Shown here: positions 45,108-55,821 of the stretch, piece after piece
How the letters are laid out: each line of letters begins with the position of its first letter
Position numbering within the stretch: position 1 is the stretch's first letter
Assembly (NCBI GenBank): GCA_963813715.1
Contig: CAWFAK010000009.1
Location: 160,001 to 224,000, forward strand
Length of the DNA stretch: 64,000 nt
Origin: an uncultured Planctomycetaceae bacterium
GTDB taxonomy: Bacteria; Planctomycetota; Planctomycetia; Planctomycetales; Planctomycetaceae
Direction: 5' to 3'
The notes under the pieces: model-generated
The model's database searches: none
Told to the model about the DNA's origin: nothing
What the model saw: the letters and a program-made list of their open reading frames with translations, nothing else
Made by a program: the position numbers and the translations under genes

Positions 45108-46553
45108 ATGTCGCGTTTCTTGCCCGCTCGCGTCTGCCTCACGACACTCTTGGCTCTGATTGTCGCCAATGGCGGCACTCCGTCGATCCGCGCCGGCGAA
45201 ACGGCGCTCGACCGCTATATTGCCAAGCCCGACAGAACGTACTCCTGGAAACTGGTGCGAAAAACGCAGGTTCCGGGTGCGACGGTGTTCGTCGTCGATC
45301 TGAAGTCGCAGACCTGGCGGACCAGCAAAGAGGTCAACCAGACGGTGTGGCAGCATTGGCTGACCATCGTCAAGCCGGACAAGCCCGCGGGCACGATTCC
45401 CTTTTTGTTCATCACCGGCGGCAAGAATTCGGACGCGGCCCCCGCGAAGGTTGACCCCGCGATCATTGCAATGACGGCCAAGGCGTCGCACGGGATCGTC
45501 TGCGAGCTGAAGATGGTCCCCAACCAGCCGCTCGTGTTCAAAAACGACGGCCGAAAGCGCTCCGAGGATGACCTGATCGCCTACACCTATGCCGCGTTTC
45601 TGGCCGGCGGGGACGACGAGTGGCCAGCCCGACTGCCCATGACGAAGAGTGCCGTTCGCGCCATGGACTGCATTCAGGAGCTGTTGGCCAGCGACGAAGG
45701 TGGGAAACTCAAAGTCGAAAAATTCGTCGTAGCCGGCGGATCGAAGCGCGGCTGGACGACCTGGTGCACGGCCGCCGTCGACAAGCGGGTGGCCGCCATC
45801 GCTCCCAGCTCGATCGATTGTCTCAATAACGAGCTGTCGATGGCGCATCACGTTGCCGTCTACGGCTTCTACACGCTGGCCGTGGGCAACTACGTGCGGG
45901 GCAACGTGGTGCAGCAGACCGCCAATCCGCGGATGAAGCTGCTCAACGCGATCGAGGATCCCTACTCGTACCGCGAGCGGTTCACGATGCCCAAATACGT
46001 CGTCAACGCCTCGGGCGACCAGTATTTCTGTCCCGATAGCAGCCAGTTCTATTTCGACGCGTTGCCGGGCGAAAAATACCTGCGCTACGTGCCCAACGCG
46101 GCCCACAACCTCAAGGGCTCCGACGCCCGCGAAAGTGTCGCCGCCTTCTATCACACGGTGCTCACGGGACGCCAACGGCCCAGTTACTCCTGGACCTTCG
46201 AGAAAGATGGCTCGATTCACGTGAAGACGAAGAGCCATCCGCAGTCGGTGACGCTGTGGCAGGCGACCAATCCCGAGGCCCGCGACTTCCGCCTGATGAG
46301 CATCGGCAAGGCCTACAAGCCGACCACGCTGACGGATCAAGGAGACGGCAACTACGTCGCCAAGCTCGCCAAACCCGAGCGCGGCTGGACGGCTTCGTTC
46401 GTCGAGCTGGCGTTCGACGTCGGCGCTCCAAACGCGTTCAAGGTGTCGACGGCTGTCCGCGTGACGCCCGACACGCTGCCGCACGCCGACCTCGATCCCG
46501 CCAAGGCGCCGCCCGAGAAGCCGAGACCGCGCCTCCGCGCCAGTTCGAACTGA
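45108..46553 (+). CDS. PqaA-type (PhoPQ-activated pathogenicity-related) alpha/beta-hydrolase, copy 1
   Basis: LDRYIAKPD..YSW, SQTWR, PNQPL, EDDLIA, GGSKRGWTTW and YVPNAAH. Confidence 0.85.
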   Translation: MSRFLPARVCLTTLLALIVANGGTPSIRAGETALDRYIAKPDRTYSWKLVRKTQVPGATVFVVDLKSQTWRTSKEVNQTVWQHWLTIVKPDKPAGTIPFLFITGGKNSDAAPAKVDPAIIAMTAKASHGIVCELKMVPNQPLVFKNDGRKRSEDDLIAYTYAAFLAGGDDEWPARLPMTKSAVRAMDCIQELLASDEGGKLKVEKFVVAGGSKRGWTTWCTAAVDKRVAAIAPSSIDCLNNELSMAHHVAVYGFYTLAVGNYVRGNVVQQTANPRMKLLNAIEDPYSYRERFTMPKYVVNASGDQYFCPDSSQFYFDALPGEKYLRYVPNAAHNLKGSDARESVAAFYHTVLTGRQRPSYSWTFEKDGSIHVKTKSHPQSVTLWQATNPEARDFRLMSIGKAYKPTTLTDQGDGNYVAKLAKPERGWTASFVELAFDVGAPNAFKVSTAVRVTPDTLPHADLDPAKAPPEKPRPRLRASSN

Positions 46554-46593
46554 GCGATTCACAACTTTCTTGGCTGTTAAAGGCTCACTCAAC

Positions 46594-47364
46594 ATGCCAA
46601 ATGCTTCCTTCAATCTGTCGGGACGGGTGGCTTTGGTCACCGGCGGCAGCAAGGGTCTCGGCAAGGCGATGGCCCGCGGATTCGCCGAAGCCGGCGCCGA
46701 CGTGGTGATTTCCAGCCGGCACGAGGACGAACTGAAAGCGGCCCTCGCCGAGATTCGCCAAAACACGTCGGTCCGCGGGATGTACGTGGTCGCCGACCTG
46801 ACGAAGCGCTCCGAGGCCGATCGCCTGGCGAAGGCGGCGATCGCCGAGATGGGACACATCGACATCCTGGTTAACAACGCCGGGTCGAACGTTCCCGAAG
46901 AGATCGACCAAATCAGCGACGCCAACTGGGACCGCATCCTCGAGCTGAACCTCTCGTCGTGCATGGCTCTCACGCGGGCCATCGTGCCGCAGATGAAGTC
47001 TCGCAAATGGGGCCGCGTGATTTACATTTCGTCGATCATGGGGCTGGCGTCGAAGGCGGGACGCGACGCGTACTCGGCGACCAAGTCGGCGGTGATCGGC
47101 TTGGCCCGAGCCAACGCGCTCGAGTTGGGCAAGTTCGGCATCACCGCCAACTGTTTGGCTCCCGGCCCTTTCCTCACGGATTTGCCCGGCAAGCTGCTGA
47201 GCGATGCCGAAAAGGCGACCTTCGCGCAGCGTACGGCCCTCGGCCGCTGGGGCGATCCGCGCGAGCTGGCCGGTCCGGCCCTGCTGCTGGCCAGCGATGC
47301 CGGCAGCTATATCACCGGGCAGACACTGGTGGTGGACGGCGGCACGCTCTGCATGACGTTCTGA
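46594..47364 (+). CDS. Short-chain dehydrogenase/reductase, copy 1
   Basis: [17 protein letters not shown] and PGPFLTD. Confidence 0.92.
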   Translation: MPNASFNLSGRVALVTGGSKGLGKAMARGFAEAGADVVISSRHEDELKAALAEIRQNTSVRGMYVVADLTKRSEADRLAKAAIAEMGHIDILVNNAGSNVPEEIDQISDANWDRILELNLSSCMALTRAIVPQMKSRKWGRVIYISSIMGLASKAGRDAYSATKSAVIGLARANALELGKFGITANCLAPGPFLTDLPGKLLSDAEKATFAQRTALGRWGDPRELAGPALLLASDAGSYITGQTLVVDGGTLCMTF

Positions 47365-47380
47365 TCCGAGCGTGTGCGAG

Positions 47381-48153
47381 ATGCCAACATCTTTGTTCGA
47401 CCTCTCAGGTCGCGTGGCACTCGTGACAGGCGGCAGCAAGGGGTTGGGCAAGGCCATTGCGCGCGGGTTCGCCGAAGCCGGGGCCGACGTCGTGATTGCG
47501 AGCCGGCACGAGGACCAACTCAAAAGCGGCGCTGGCCGAAATCCAAGCCGGCACCTCGGTCCGTGGCACGTACATCGTGGCCGATCTGGCAAAACGCAGC
47601 GAGGCCGATCGGCTCGCCATGGCGTCGCTCGCCGAGATGGGGCACGTCGACATTCTGGTGAATAATGCCGGCTCGAGCGTGCTGGAGGAGGTCGACCAGA
47701 TCACGGATGCCAATTGGGACCGCATCCTCGAGCTGAATCTTTCGTCCTGCATGGCCCTCACACGGGCGCTAGTGCCCCAGATGAAGTCGCGCAAGTTGGG
47801 GCCGCGTGATCTACATCTCGTCAATTATGGGGTTGGTTTCGCGGGCGGGGCGCGATGCCTATTCCGCGACGAAGGCTGCTCTCCTCGGCCTGTGCCGCGC
47901 GAACGCACTCGAGCTAGGAGGCTGTGGCATTACAGTAAACTGTCTTGCTCCCGGACCTTTCCTCACCGATTTGCCCAAGCAGCAGCTGACCGCAGCCGAG
48001 ATCGAAATCTCCGCCAGGCGTACCGCCCTCGGCCGCTGGGGCGATCCGCGCGAGCTGGCCGGACCGGCCCTGCTGTTGGCCAGCGACGCCGGCAGCTACA
48101 TCACCGGGCAGACGCTCGTCGTCGACGGCGGAACGCTGTGTATGACCTTCTGA
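47381..48153 (+). CDS. Short-chain dehydrogenase/reductase, copy 2 (frameshifts ~47523, ~47796)
   Basis: Near-identical motifs and the same C-terminus (GGTLCMTF) as copy 1. Confidence 0.88.
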
Positions 48154-48257
48154 CGCGGCTGCCTCGGTGCGGCTCCGGCGCTTTTCACGCGCCGTCGCCT
48201 CCGTTATCGTGAACAAATCGGCCGTTTAAGCTTCATTTTAGCCTTCTGGAGTGTGTC

Positions 48258-49697
48258 ATGTTGGGGTCGGAAGTCTTGCCAGTTCGTGCGGGGAACAAAC
48301 TGGCCGCGCTGCTCGTCGTGGCTTTGGGAGTGGGAGCGGTTCAGGCCGGCGAAACGGCCCTCGATCGATACGTGGCCAAACCCGACTCGAGTTATTCCTG
48401 GAAGATCGACCATAAGCTGGAAGCCCACGGGGCCGCGACGTTTGTCGTCAATCTCAAGTCCCAGAGCTGGCGCTCGCCGAAGGAAGTCGATCGGACCCTT
48501 TGGCAGCACTGGCTGACGATCGTGCGACCCGCGCACCCGGTCGCCCACACTGCCTTCCTCTTCATCGACGGCGGCTCGAATCGGGACAAGGCACCCAAAT
48601 CGGCCGACCTGCTCATCGCCTCGATGGCCGCGGAAACCAACTCCGTCGTAGTCGAGTTGAAGGATACACCCAACCAGCCGCTCGTCTTTCACAACGACGG
48701 GGTCGAGCGCAAAGAAGACGATCTGATCGCCTACACCTGGGACCAGTTCCTCAAAGGGGGCGACGAGGAGTGGCCCGCCCGACTGCCGATGGTCAAGGGC
48801 GCGGTGCGGGCGATGGACTGCGTGCAGGAATTGCTCGCCAGCAAGGAGGGGGGCAATTTCAGGATCGACAAGTTCGTGGTCTGCGGCGGCTCCAAGCGCG
48901 GCTGGACGACCTGGTGCACGGCGGCCGTCGACAAGCGAGTCGACGCCATCATCCCCATCTCCATCGACACGCTCAACCAGGTCGCCTCGATGCGGCATCA
49001 CGTCTCCGTTTACGGCTTCTACACCGAGGCCGTCGGTGACTACTTCCGCCACGGGATTACCAAACTCGCGGCCGACCCGCGGATGAAGCTGCTCAACGAG
49101 ATCGAGGATCCGTTCTCCTACCGCGAACGGTTCACGATGCCCAAATACATCGTGGGCGGAGCCGGGGACGAGTTCTTCTGTCCCGACAACTCGCAGTTCT
49201 ACTTCGACGCGCTGCCGGGCGAAAAATACCTGCGTTACATCCCCAACGCCGACCACGGCCTGAAGGGGACCGACGTCCGCGAGAGCGTCGTGTCTTTCTA
49301 CGACACGGTGCTGAAGGGGACGCCCCGGCCGCAATTCACCTGGAACTTCGAGCCGGACGGTTCGATTCTCGTCACGACCGTGACCAAGCCGACGTCCGTC
49401 AAGCTCTGGCAGGCGACCAACCCGACGGCCCGCGACTTCCGCGTGATCACCATCGGCCGCACCTTCAAGAGCCACGAGCTGCACGACCAGGGACATGGAG
49501 TCTACGTGGCCAAGGTCGCCACGCCGGAGAAAGGCTGGACGGCGTCGTTCGTCGAACTGTCGTTCGAAGTCGGGGCACCCTATCCGCTGAAGCTGACGAC
49601 GGCCGTCCGGGTGACGCCCGATACGCTGCCTCATAGCGACCTCAATCCGGTCGACGCGCCTGGCGAGGTTCGCCACCAAGCCGCCGCCAAGCGCTGA
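48258..49697 (+). CDS. PqaA-type alpha/beta-hydrolase, copy 2
   Basis: Collinear paralog of 45108..46553 with GGSKRGWTTW and a signal peptide. Confidence 0.85.
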   Translation: MLGSEVLPVRAGNKLAALLVVALGVGAVQAGETALDRYVAKPDSSYSWKIDHKLEAHGAATFVVNLKSQSWRSPKEVDRTLWQHWLTIVRPAHPVAHTAFLFIDGGSNRDKAPKSADLLIASMAAETNSVVVELKDTPNQPLVFHNDGVERKEDDLIAYTWDQFLKGGDEEWPARLPMVKGAVRAMDCVQELLASKEGGNFRIDKFVVCGGSKRGWTTWCTAAVDKRVDAIIPISIDTLNQVASMRHHVSVYGFYTEAVGDYFRHGITKLAADPRMKLLNEIEDPFSYRERFTMPKYIVGGAGDEFFCPDNSQFYFDALPGEKYLRYIPNADHGLKGTDVRESVVSFYDTVLKGTPRPQFTWNFEPDGSILVTTVTKPTSVKLWQATNPTARDFRVITIGRTFKSHELHDQGHGVYVAKVATPEKGWTASFVELSFEVGAPYPLKLTTAVRVTPDTLPHSDLNPVDAPGEVRHQAAAKR

Positions 49698-49703
49698 GTC
49701 CCC

Positions 49704-51086
49704 GTGATTCCTTCCGAGCGAAAGCCCCGCCTCATCCTGCGGCTCGCCCGCCGCTTGTTGGCCGGGCTGTTGCTCGGGTTGACCTGCGCGAGCGTGCTGC
49801 CGGCCGCCGAATTCCGCGCGGCTTCGGCCAAGGCCGACATCACTCCACAGGAGAGCTTCGACCTCTGGGGCTACGCCGACCGCAGCGGGCCCTCTAGTGG
49901 GACGCACGATCCGCTCTTTGGCAAGGTGCTGCTGCTCGATGACGGCACGCATCGCCTCGCCCTGGTCACGCTCGATTTGGGCCGCACGTTCGGCGTCGAG
50001 TCGATGGACGTCGTGCGGCGGCGCGTGCGTGGCTCGGCCGGCGTCGAGCAGGTCTTCTTCTTCGCGTCGCATACGCATTCCGGCCCGTTCATCAACGATA
50101 CGTACCCGCCGGGCAAGCGGCCTGCCTGGGAAGAACGGGCCCTTGATCGGATTGCCGCCGCGATCGAGCAGGCGGCAGCTCGCCTGCAACCGGCGGTTCT
50201 GGGCGTCGGGGAAGGGGACGTGCTGATCGGCCACAATCGGCGTTTCGTTCGCCCCGACGGCACGGTGAAGATGCTCTGGCGCAACGCGACCAAAGCGCCC
50301 ACGCACCCGGTCGATTCCCGCGTCGGCATCCTCCGCGTCGACGGGCGCGATGGCCGCACGCTGGCCGTGCTCGTCAACTATGCGTGTCACCCAGTCGTTT
50401 TCGGCCCCGATAATCTCAAGTACTCCGCCGATTATCCGAGTGCGATGGCCGGCGTGGTCGAGCCCGCGTTCGGCGCGGGGACTGTGTGCCTCTTCCTGCA
50501 AGGGGCTGCCGGCGACATCAATCCCTACTTCGACAAAACGCCCCTGGCTGAGGATGCCGAGAAACTGATGCAGGAGACGGGGCGCGAGCTGGGCCGCGAA
50601 GCACTCCGCGTCGCCCGATCGATCGTTCCGAAGCCGCCCGACAAGCCCGAGCTGCAGTTCGCCCTCGACATGCGACACTTCCGACACCGCTACGAACCCC
50701 AGGCTCTGCTCGCCCAACTCAAAGGACAGGTGAAGCCCGAAGTGATCGAGCGCTACCGCGGCTACCTGACGGCGCCGCTCGACTGCCCGGTGACCACTTT
50801 GCTCATCAACCGGCAGATCGCACTCGTCGGAATGCCCGGCGAGCCGTTTGTCGAATTCGGTCTCGCGTTTCGCGACCGCTCTCCGGCCGCCTTCTCGTTC
50901 TTCGCCGGGTATGCAAACGGCTACCACGGCTACTTCCCTACGATCCGCGCGGCCGTCGAAGGCGGCTACGGAGCCGAAGGCCTCGTTTCCCGCGCCGAAG
51001 TCGGAGCCGGCGAAACCATGCTCGACACGGCTCTGATCCGCGTCCACACCATGCTCGGCCAACTCAAGCCGCTGCCCCAACGTTAA
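49704..51086 (+). CDS. Neutral/alkaline ceramidase-like secreted amidohydrolase
   Basis: ADITP, HDPL, SHTHSGP, NYACHP, SADYP, GAAGDINP, PGEPF and GYANG..GY.PT. Confidence 0.82.
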   Translation: MIPSERKPRLILRLARRLLAGLLLGLTCASVLPAAEFRAASAKADITPQESFDLWGYADRSGPSSGTHDPLFGKVLLLDDGTHRLALVTLDLGRTFGVESMDVVRRRVRGSAGVEQVFFFASHTHSGPFINDTYPPGKRPAWEERALDRIAAAIEQAAARLQPAVLGVGEGDVLIGHNRRFVRPDGTVKMLWRNATKAPTHPVDSRVGILRVDGRDGRTLAVLVNYACHPVVFGPDNLKYSADYPSAMAGVVEPAFGAGTVCLFLQGAAGDINPYFDKTPLAEDAEKLMQETGRELGREALRVARSIVPKPPDKPELQFALDMRHFRHRYEPQALLAQLKGQVKPEVIERYRGYLTAPLDCPVTTLLINRQIALVGMPGEPFVEFGLAFRDRSPAAFSFFAGYANGYHGYFPTIRAAVEGGYGAEGLVSRAEVGAGETMLDTALIRVHTMLGQLKPLPQR

Positions 51087-51955
51087 TCACTGCCACAGTC
51101 ATTCCAAGTGGACACGGACCGCGTGAACGCGATCCCGTCCCAATTCAATCCCGTCCCAGTCCCGATCCCGTCGCGTTTAGTGTCCCGATCGACTTGTCGG
51201 GTGCAATTCAGTCCTGTCCCGCGATCTCCTCCGATGGCCTGCTGACGCGGCGGGGCGGGAGGCCAAATTCGCCGGGATTTTCTCGGTGAAACAACGTGTC
51301 CCGTCCCGCGGTGGCCAAGCGGTGGGAGGTGGGTCAACTACTTTGGTGGGTCAACTCGCTAGTGAAACAAAGTGTCCCGACCCACCGACCCACCGGCCAA
51401 TCTCTTTCCACCTGGCGTCCCGATCCCGTCCTCGACAGCCATGGGGGGCAAGGGCCATTTTCTCCGTGCTTTTCTCGATGAAACATCGAGTCCCGTCCCG
51501 GTCCCGTCCCAGTCTTTCCCCTCGTCCGACGGCTGACGGGTGGGACAGGGGGCGGGGTGAGGGACAAATCGCCCCGGGATTTTCTCGGTGGAATAACGTG
51601 TCCCGTCCCGTCACGCGTCCCGCGTGGTCAACTATCTCTGTGGTCAACTATCTGGTGAAAGTAGGTGACCACACCACACCCTCTCGGGATGACATTCCGT
51701 TAACCACACTTCGGCCCGACAGCACTCGTCTCCGCGTACTCCGAGGCCCGCGCATCGCGGCTGTCGTCGCTCAAGCAGCGCGCACACCAAGACGTTCGCG
51801 CCCAGAACCGCTCTCTCCATTCAGCCACAAAACGGAGATTCATCCAAGATCAGTTTCTCAGGAATTCTGGATGGCGACCGTCGACGGCGGCTACGGAGCC
51901 CAAGGCCTCGTCTCTCGCGCCGAAGTCGGAGCCGGCGATACCATGCTCGACACGG
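50949..51955 (+). repeat. 82-bp direct repeat pair (50949-51030 and 51874-51955)
   Basis: Ungapped alignment with 6 mismatches. The second copy is a non-coding duplicate of the ceramidase-like gene's 3' region. Confidence 0.9.
51130..51680. repeat. Non-coding array of related motifs
   Basis: Five units share an RTGRAA core (51286, 51362, 51478, 51588, 51655) flanked by TTTTCTCG or GGTCAACT and, in four of them, GTCCCG(T/A)CCC. There are many TCCCG/GTCCC microrepeats. Confidence 0.8.
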
Positions 51956-51964
51956 GCCAGCGGA

Positions 51965-53915
51965 TCACTCGGTCAGTTCGAGGAACGGATCGAGGCCCAT
52001 GTGGTTGTGGGCGTCGGAGCGTTGGCGTTCGTGCTTCAAGAGATGCTTCCGCTCTTTGCGGTGCATCTTCTCCAAAAAGCGTTGCGTGCGGCGGAACAGG
52101 CCGAGCCATTGCAGCGAAAGTTGGCCGTCGGCATTCGGGCGGGCCTTGGCACGGAAGCGGGCCACCTTGTCCGGCTTGAGACAGCGGAGCAGCTCGTCCT
52201 CGAGCGACAAGAAGAATTGAAATGAGCCGGGATCGCCTTGCCGGGCGCGCGGCCGACCAACTGACGGTCGATGCGGGCCGAGCTGTGCATCTCGGTGGCG
52301 ATGACGTGCAGGCCGCCCGCCGCGCGGACCTTTTCGTCGAGCTGGATGTCGGTCCCGCGGCCGGCCATGTTGGTGGCGATGGTCACCGCCTGCGATTGTC
52401 CGGCCCGGGTCACAATCTCCGCTTCTTGCTCGTGGAAATGCGCGTTGAGGACCTGGTGCGCGATGCCACATTCCTTCAGCGCGCGGCTCAAGGCCTCGGA
52501 CGCATCGACCGACGGCGTGCCGACGAGCACCGAGCGCCCGGCGGCGTGCATCTTCGCCACCTCTTGCACAACGGCCTGCCGCTTAGCCGCCAGCGTGGTG
52601 AAAATCCGCGGCGGTGCGCCGGTGCGGATGCAGGGGCGGTTGGTCGGAATCGGTGAAACACTGATCGCGTAGGTGTTCGCTAGCTCGCGGCGAGCCTGGA
52701 CGGCCGTGCCCGTCATGCCGCAAACGTGCTCGTACTGGCGAAAATAGGTCTGCACGGTGACCCGCGCGGCCTGTCCCGTGGCGGCGGTAATCGGCACCAG
52801 CTCCTTCGCTTCGACCGCCTGGTGCAGGCCGTCCTGCCACTTGCGGCCGTCCATCTGGCGGCCCGTCGACTCGTCCACGATGACGACCTTTTCCTCGACG
52901 ACGACGTAATCGCGATCCCGCTGAAAACCGTATCGCGACGAGAGCGCTTGTTCGACGTGCTTGTACATCCGCTCGGCGTCGACGCAATCCAACAGCGATG
53001 GCTTGGCCATCAACAGCACTTTGCGGCAGCCACGATCGGTCAGGTAGGCCATCCGGCGATCGGGTTCGAAGACGAACTCGACGTCGCGCTCCAACCGTAG
53101 CGACGCCCGCTGGCTCCAGCGCAGCAGATTGACGGTGGCTGCCGTGTTCGGCTGCGTGAGACCGATGATCAACGGCGTCCGCGCCTCGTCGATCAGAATA
53201 CTGTCGGCCTCGTCGATCAGGGCGAAGTGGTGGCTACGCTGCACCGGCGCTCGTTGGCGCCGCGCGCGGAGCCCGTGAACGACGGGCCGTTGCGGCGGCG
53301 ATATCCGCTCGTCGCGTCGGCGCCGATCCGCAGCCGATCTCGGAGGAAGTCGAAGCCGATCTCCTTGGCCGTTCCGTAGGTGATGTCCTTCGCGTAGGCG
53401 TCGCGGCGCTCCTCAGTTTGCATCGGCGTCTCGATGCAGCCGACGGAGAGGCCCAGCCGCTCGTAGATCGGCCCCATTGTTTCCGCGTCGCGATGGGCCA
53501 GGTAATCGTTGACCGTGACGATGTGGCAGCCGCGGCCGGTGAGTCCGCGGAGAAACGCGGGCAAGGTGGCCGTAAGGGTCTTGCCCTCGCCCGTCTGCAT
53601 CTCGGCGACGTGCCCCTCGAAGAGGGCGATGCCTCCCTGAATCTGCACGAGGAAGTGTTGGAAGCCCAGCTCGCGACGGGACGCTTCGCGGACGAGAGCA
53701 AACGCTTCGACCAACAGGCTGCTCAGGCGCGGCTGCGTCTTGGCTTGCCAGCGCAGTTCGCGACCGCGGCGGAGCAGTTCGGCATCGCTCTCGTCGCGGA
53801 GTTGTTCCGATCGTTTGATGACGACCTGAGCCTGCGCACGCCAGCGCGAGAGCCGCGCGGCATCGAGCCGGCCGCCCCGCTTCACCATGTGCCAAACGTG
53901 GTCGCGTGTAAACAC
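51965..53915 (-). CDS. Short SecA paralog (SecA_DEAD protein, ~650 aa; frameshifts ~53240, ~52250)
   Basis: [66 protein letters not shown] and FLSLED. Confidence 0.9.
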
Positions 53916-54012
53916 GTCTCAATTCTTGCACGCCGGCACCGGAAGTCCAATCTCCGAGCGGCGTCCAGTTCGTGGCCGTTTGACAACATTCAGGACATGT
54001 CTTTTCCGGCCT

Positions 54013-55608
54013 TCAGGACACCCGGATGACCACCAACGACCGGTCGTCATGCCCCGACGTGCCGTCCAGGTGGGCCTCGACCTCCGACCAGATCGCATCC
54101 AGAACGGTCTGGGCGGGCTGTCCGTGCTGGGCCAGCAGAACCTCGACGATTCCGTCGCTGCGGAACATTTTCCGCTTGCCGTTCATCGCTTCGCTGACAC
54201 CGTCGGTAAAGGCGATCAAGGTGTCGCCCGGACTGATCGCCAACTGCGACGAGCCGTAGGTCGTGTCGGTAACCACCCCCAGCAACATGCCGTGTGACTC
54301 GAGCTGCACCGGGCCGCCCAAGCGCATCAGCACGGGCGAGGGATGCCCCGCGTTCGAATAGGTGAAAAGCATCTGCCTTGCGTCGATCACACCGTAGAGC
54401 AGGCTCATAAACTGGTGCGGCGGCGTGATCGCATGCAGCGCATGATTGATCCGCACGAGCACTTCGTCGGGCGAGAGGGGCGAGCGCAGGTCGAGGGCCA
54501 GCGCATGGACGGCGCCGCGGACCGCCGACATCACGATCGACGCCGAGATGCCGTGCCCCGACGCGTCGCCGATCGCAAGCGCCGTTCGCCCTTCGGCCAG
54601 CGGAATCAACTCGCACAAGTCGCCGCCGATCTCGAAGTGACTGGTCGAGCGGATGGCCGCTTCGATGCCCGCGCTCGGGGGCAGGGGAGTATCCACGAGC
54701 GACGATTGCGCTTGCGAGGCCAGTTGCAAGTCCCGCTGGAGGCGGTGCTGGGTCGCACTTTCGCGCAACAGCACCACGCGCTCCAACAGAGTCGCCACCT
54801 GCACGGCGATCGATTCCAGCACGTGCATTTCACGGTCGGAAGGCTCGCGGCGGCGGCGATCGTAGACCCACAGCGTGCCGATCGGCCCGGTATCGGAGCC
54901 GACCGATAGGCAAACGGCGGTCGACGTTCCCGGCGGCAGCCATGCCGCCGACTCTTGGATCGTGTCGCCGCCCAAAACCGTCCGGCCGCGGGACAGGGCC
55001 TGCAAGTCAGGAGGATTCTCACTCAGGCTGCGGACCGCCGGCGGACTAAGCGGCGCGTCGCGATGGGCCTGTGCGCGCAGTTTGAGCCGCTCGGTCGAGG
55101 GCTCCAACAGGAAGAACGCGCACGAGCGAAACGGAGTGAGCTGCGTCGCGCCTTCGAGCAATTTCTGCAGCGCGTCGACCAGGTTCCGCTCGGTGGGAAC
55201 CGAGCGGCCGATGTCAACGAGCGTCACCACTTCATCAGTTCGCGATTCGGCGACCCGTGCGGCCGTGACCGAGCGACTGATGAGCTGGGCGAACGTGTCC
55301 GCCAGGTCACCCACCGAATTAAAGGAGCGGTCCTTGGAAGCGTCGTCCGGAAGCACGAGCTGCAGGAAACCGATTCGCTCGTGCCCGTCACTGACTTCGG
55401 AGAACCAGCAGGTGGACGGATCGCTCCGCAGGCGGGCTTCAACTTCCTCGCCGCGGCCGCCGGGCACCGGGACGAACTGCAGCTCCCAACCAATGGCGTC
55501 GGAGAATTGCCGGCACGTATCGCGAATCCAAGTTTGCGAGCCGGCAACCGAAATCGTCATGGGCTTCCATCCGGGCGAGCCGTCGATACGGGCATCCCAC
55601 GCGCGCAA
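54013..55608 (-). CDS. GAF + SpoIIE/PP2C (RsbU-like) serine phosphatase
   Basis: GGD, IGDASGHG, NAGHP, TDGVSE and DDRS. The start could be ATG 55560. Confidence 0.87.
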   Translation of the reverse strand: MRAWDARIDGSPGWKPMTISVAGSQTWIRDTCRQFSDAIGWELQFVPVPGGRGEEVEARLRSDPSTCWFSEVSDGHERIGFLQLVLPDDASKDRSFNSVGDLADTFAQLISRSVTAARVAESRTDEVVTLVDIGRSVPTERNLVDALQKLLEGATQLTPFRSCAFFLLEPSTERLKLRAQAHRDAPLSPPAVRSLSENPPDLQALSRGRTVLGGDTIQESAAWLPPGTSTAVCLSVGSDTGPIGTLWVYDRRRREPSDREMHVLESIAVQVATLLERVVLLRESATQHRLQRDLQLASQAQSSLVDTPLPPSAGIEAAIRSTSHFEIGGDLCELIPLAEGRTALAIGDASGHGISASIVMSAVRGAVHALALDLRSPLSPDEVLVRINHALHAITPPHQFMSLLYGVIDARQMLFTYSNAGHPSPVLMRLGGPVQLESHGMLLGVVTDTTYGSSQLAISPGDTLIAFTDGVSEAMNGKRKMFRSDGIVEVLLAQHGQPAQTVLDAIWSEVEAHLDGTSGHDDRSLVVIRVS

Positions 55609-55821
55609 TGCACCGGTATCAACATCGACCGGCCGGGGGATTCCACTGAGGGCGGGATCCGAAGAAGCACAACGTATCGGTTATGCGGGCTGGGGGAGAA
55701 TGCGCGGCGCGGCACCCTCGGCGTGCTAGGCTCCGACGAGTCCGTCGCACGTTGATCGGCAAGGCGAAAAGACACCCCTTGCTTCGTGCGTGGCTCTTTA
55801 AGGGCGAGCATCGCTCTTCAA

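Noticed and set aside
43977..47006. 1009-aa minus-strand ORF
   Set aside because: Antisense shadow of the VOC, PqaA and SDR genes caused by GC-rich codon bias; no motifs.
48204..51080. 958-aa minus-strand ORF
   Set aside because: Antisense shadow of the PqaA copy 2 and ceramidase-like genes.
51130..51680. CRISPR array
   Set aside because: Units are degenerate, spacing is irregular, the intervening sequences are themselves repetitive, and no cas genes are present.
50949..51955. Diversity-generating retroelement (TR/VR pair)
   Set aside because: The six mismatches (G/A, A/C, G/C, T/C, C/T, A/T) are not adenine-specific, and there is no reverse transcriptase in the window.
51286..52179. 297-aa ORF across the repeat region
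   Set aside because: Low-complexity translation of the repeats; the only protein-like part is the duplicated ceramidase fragment.
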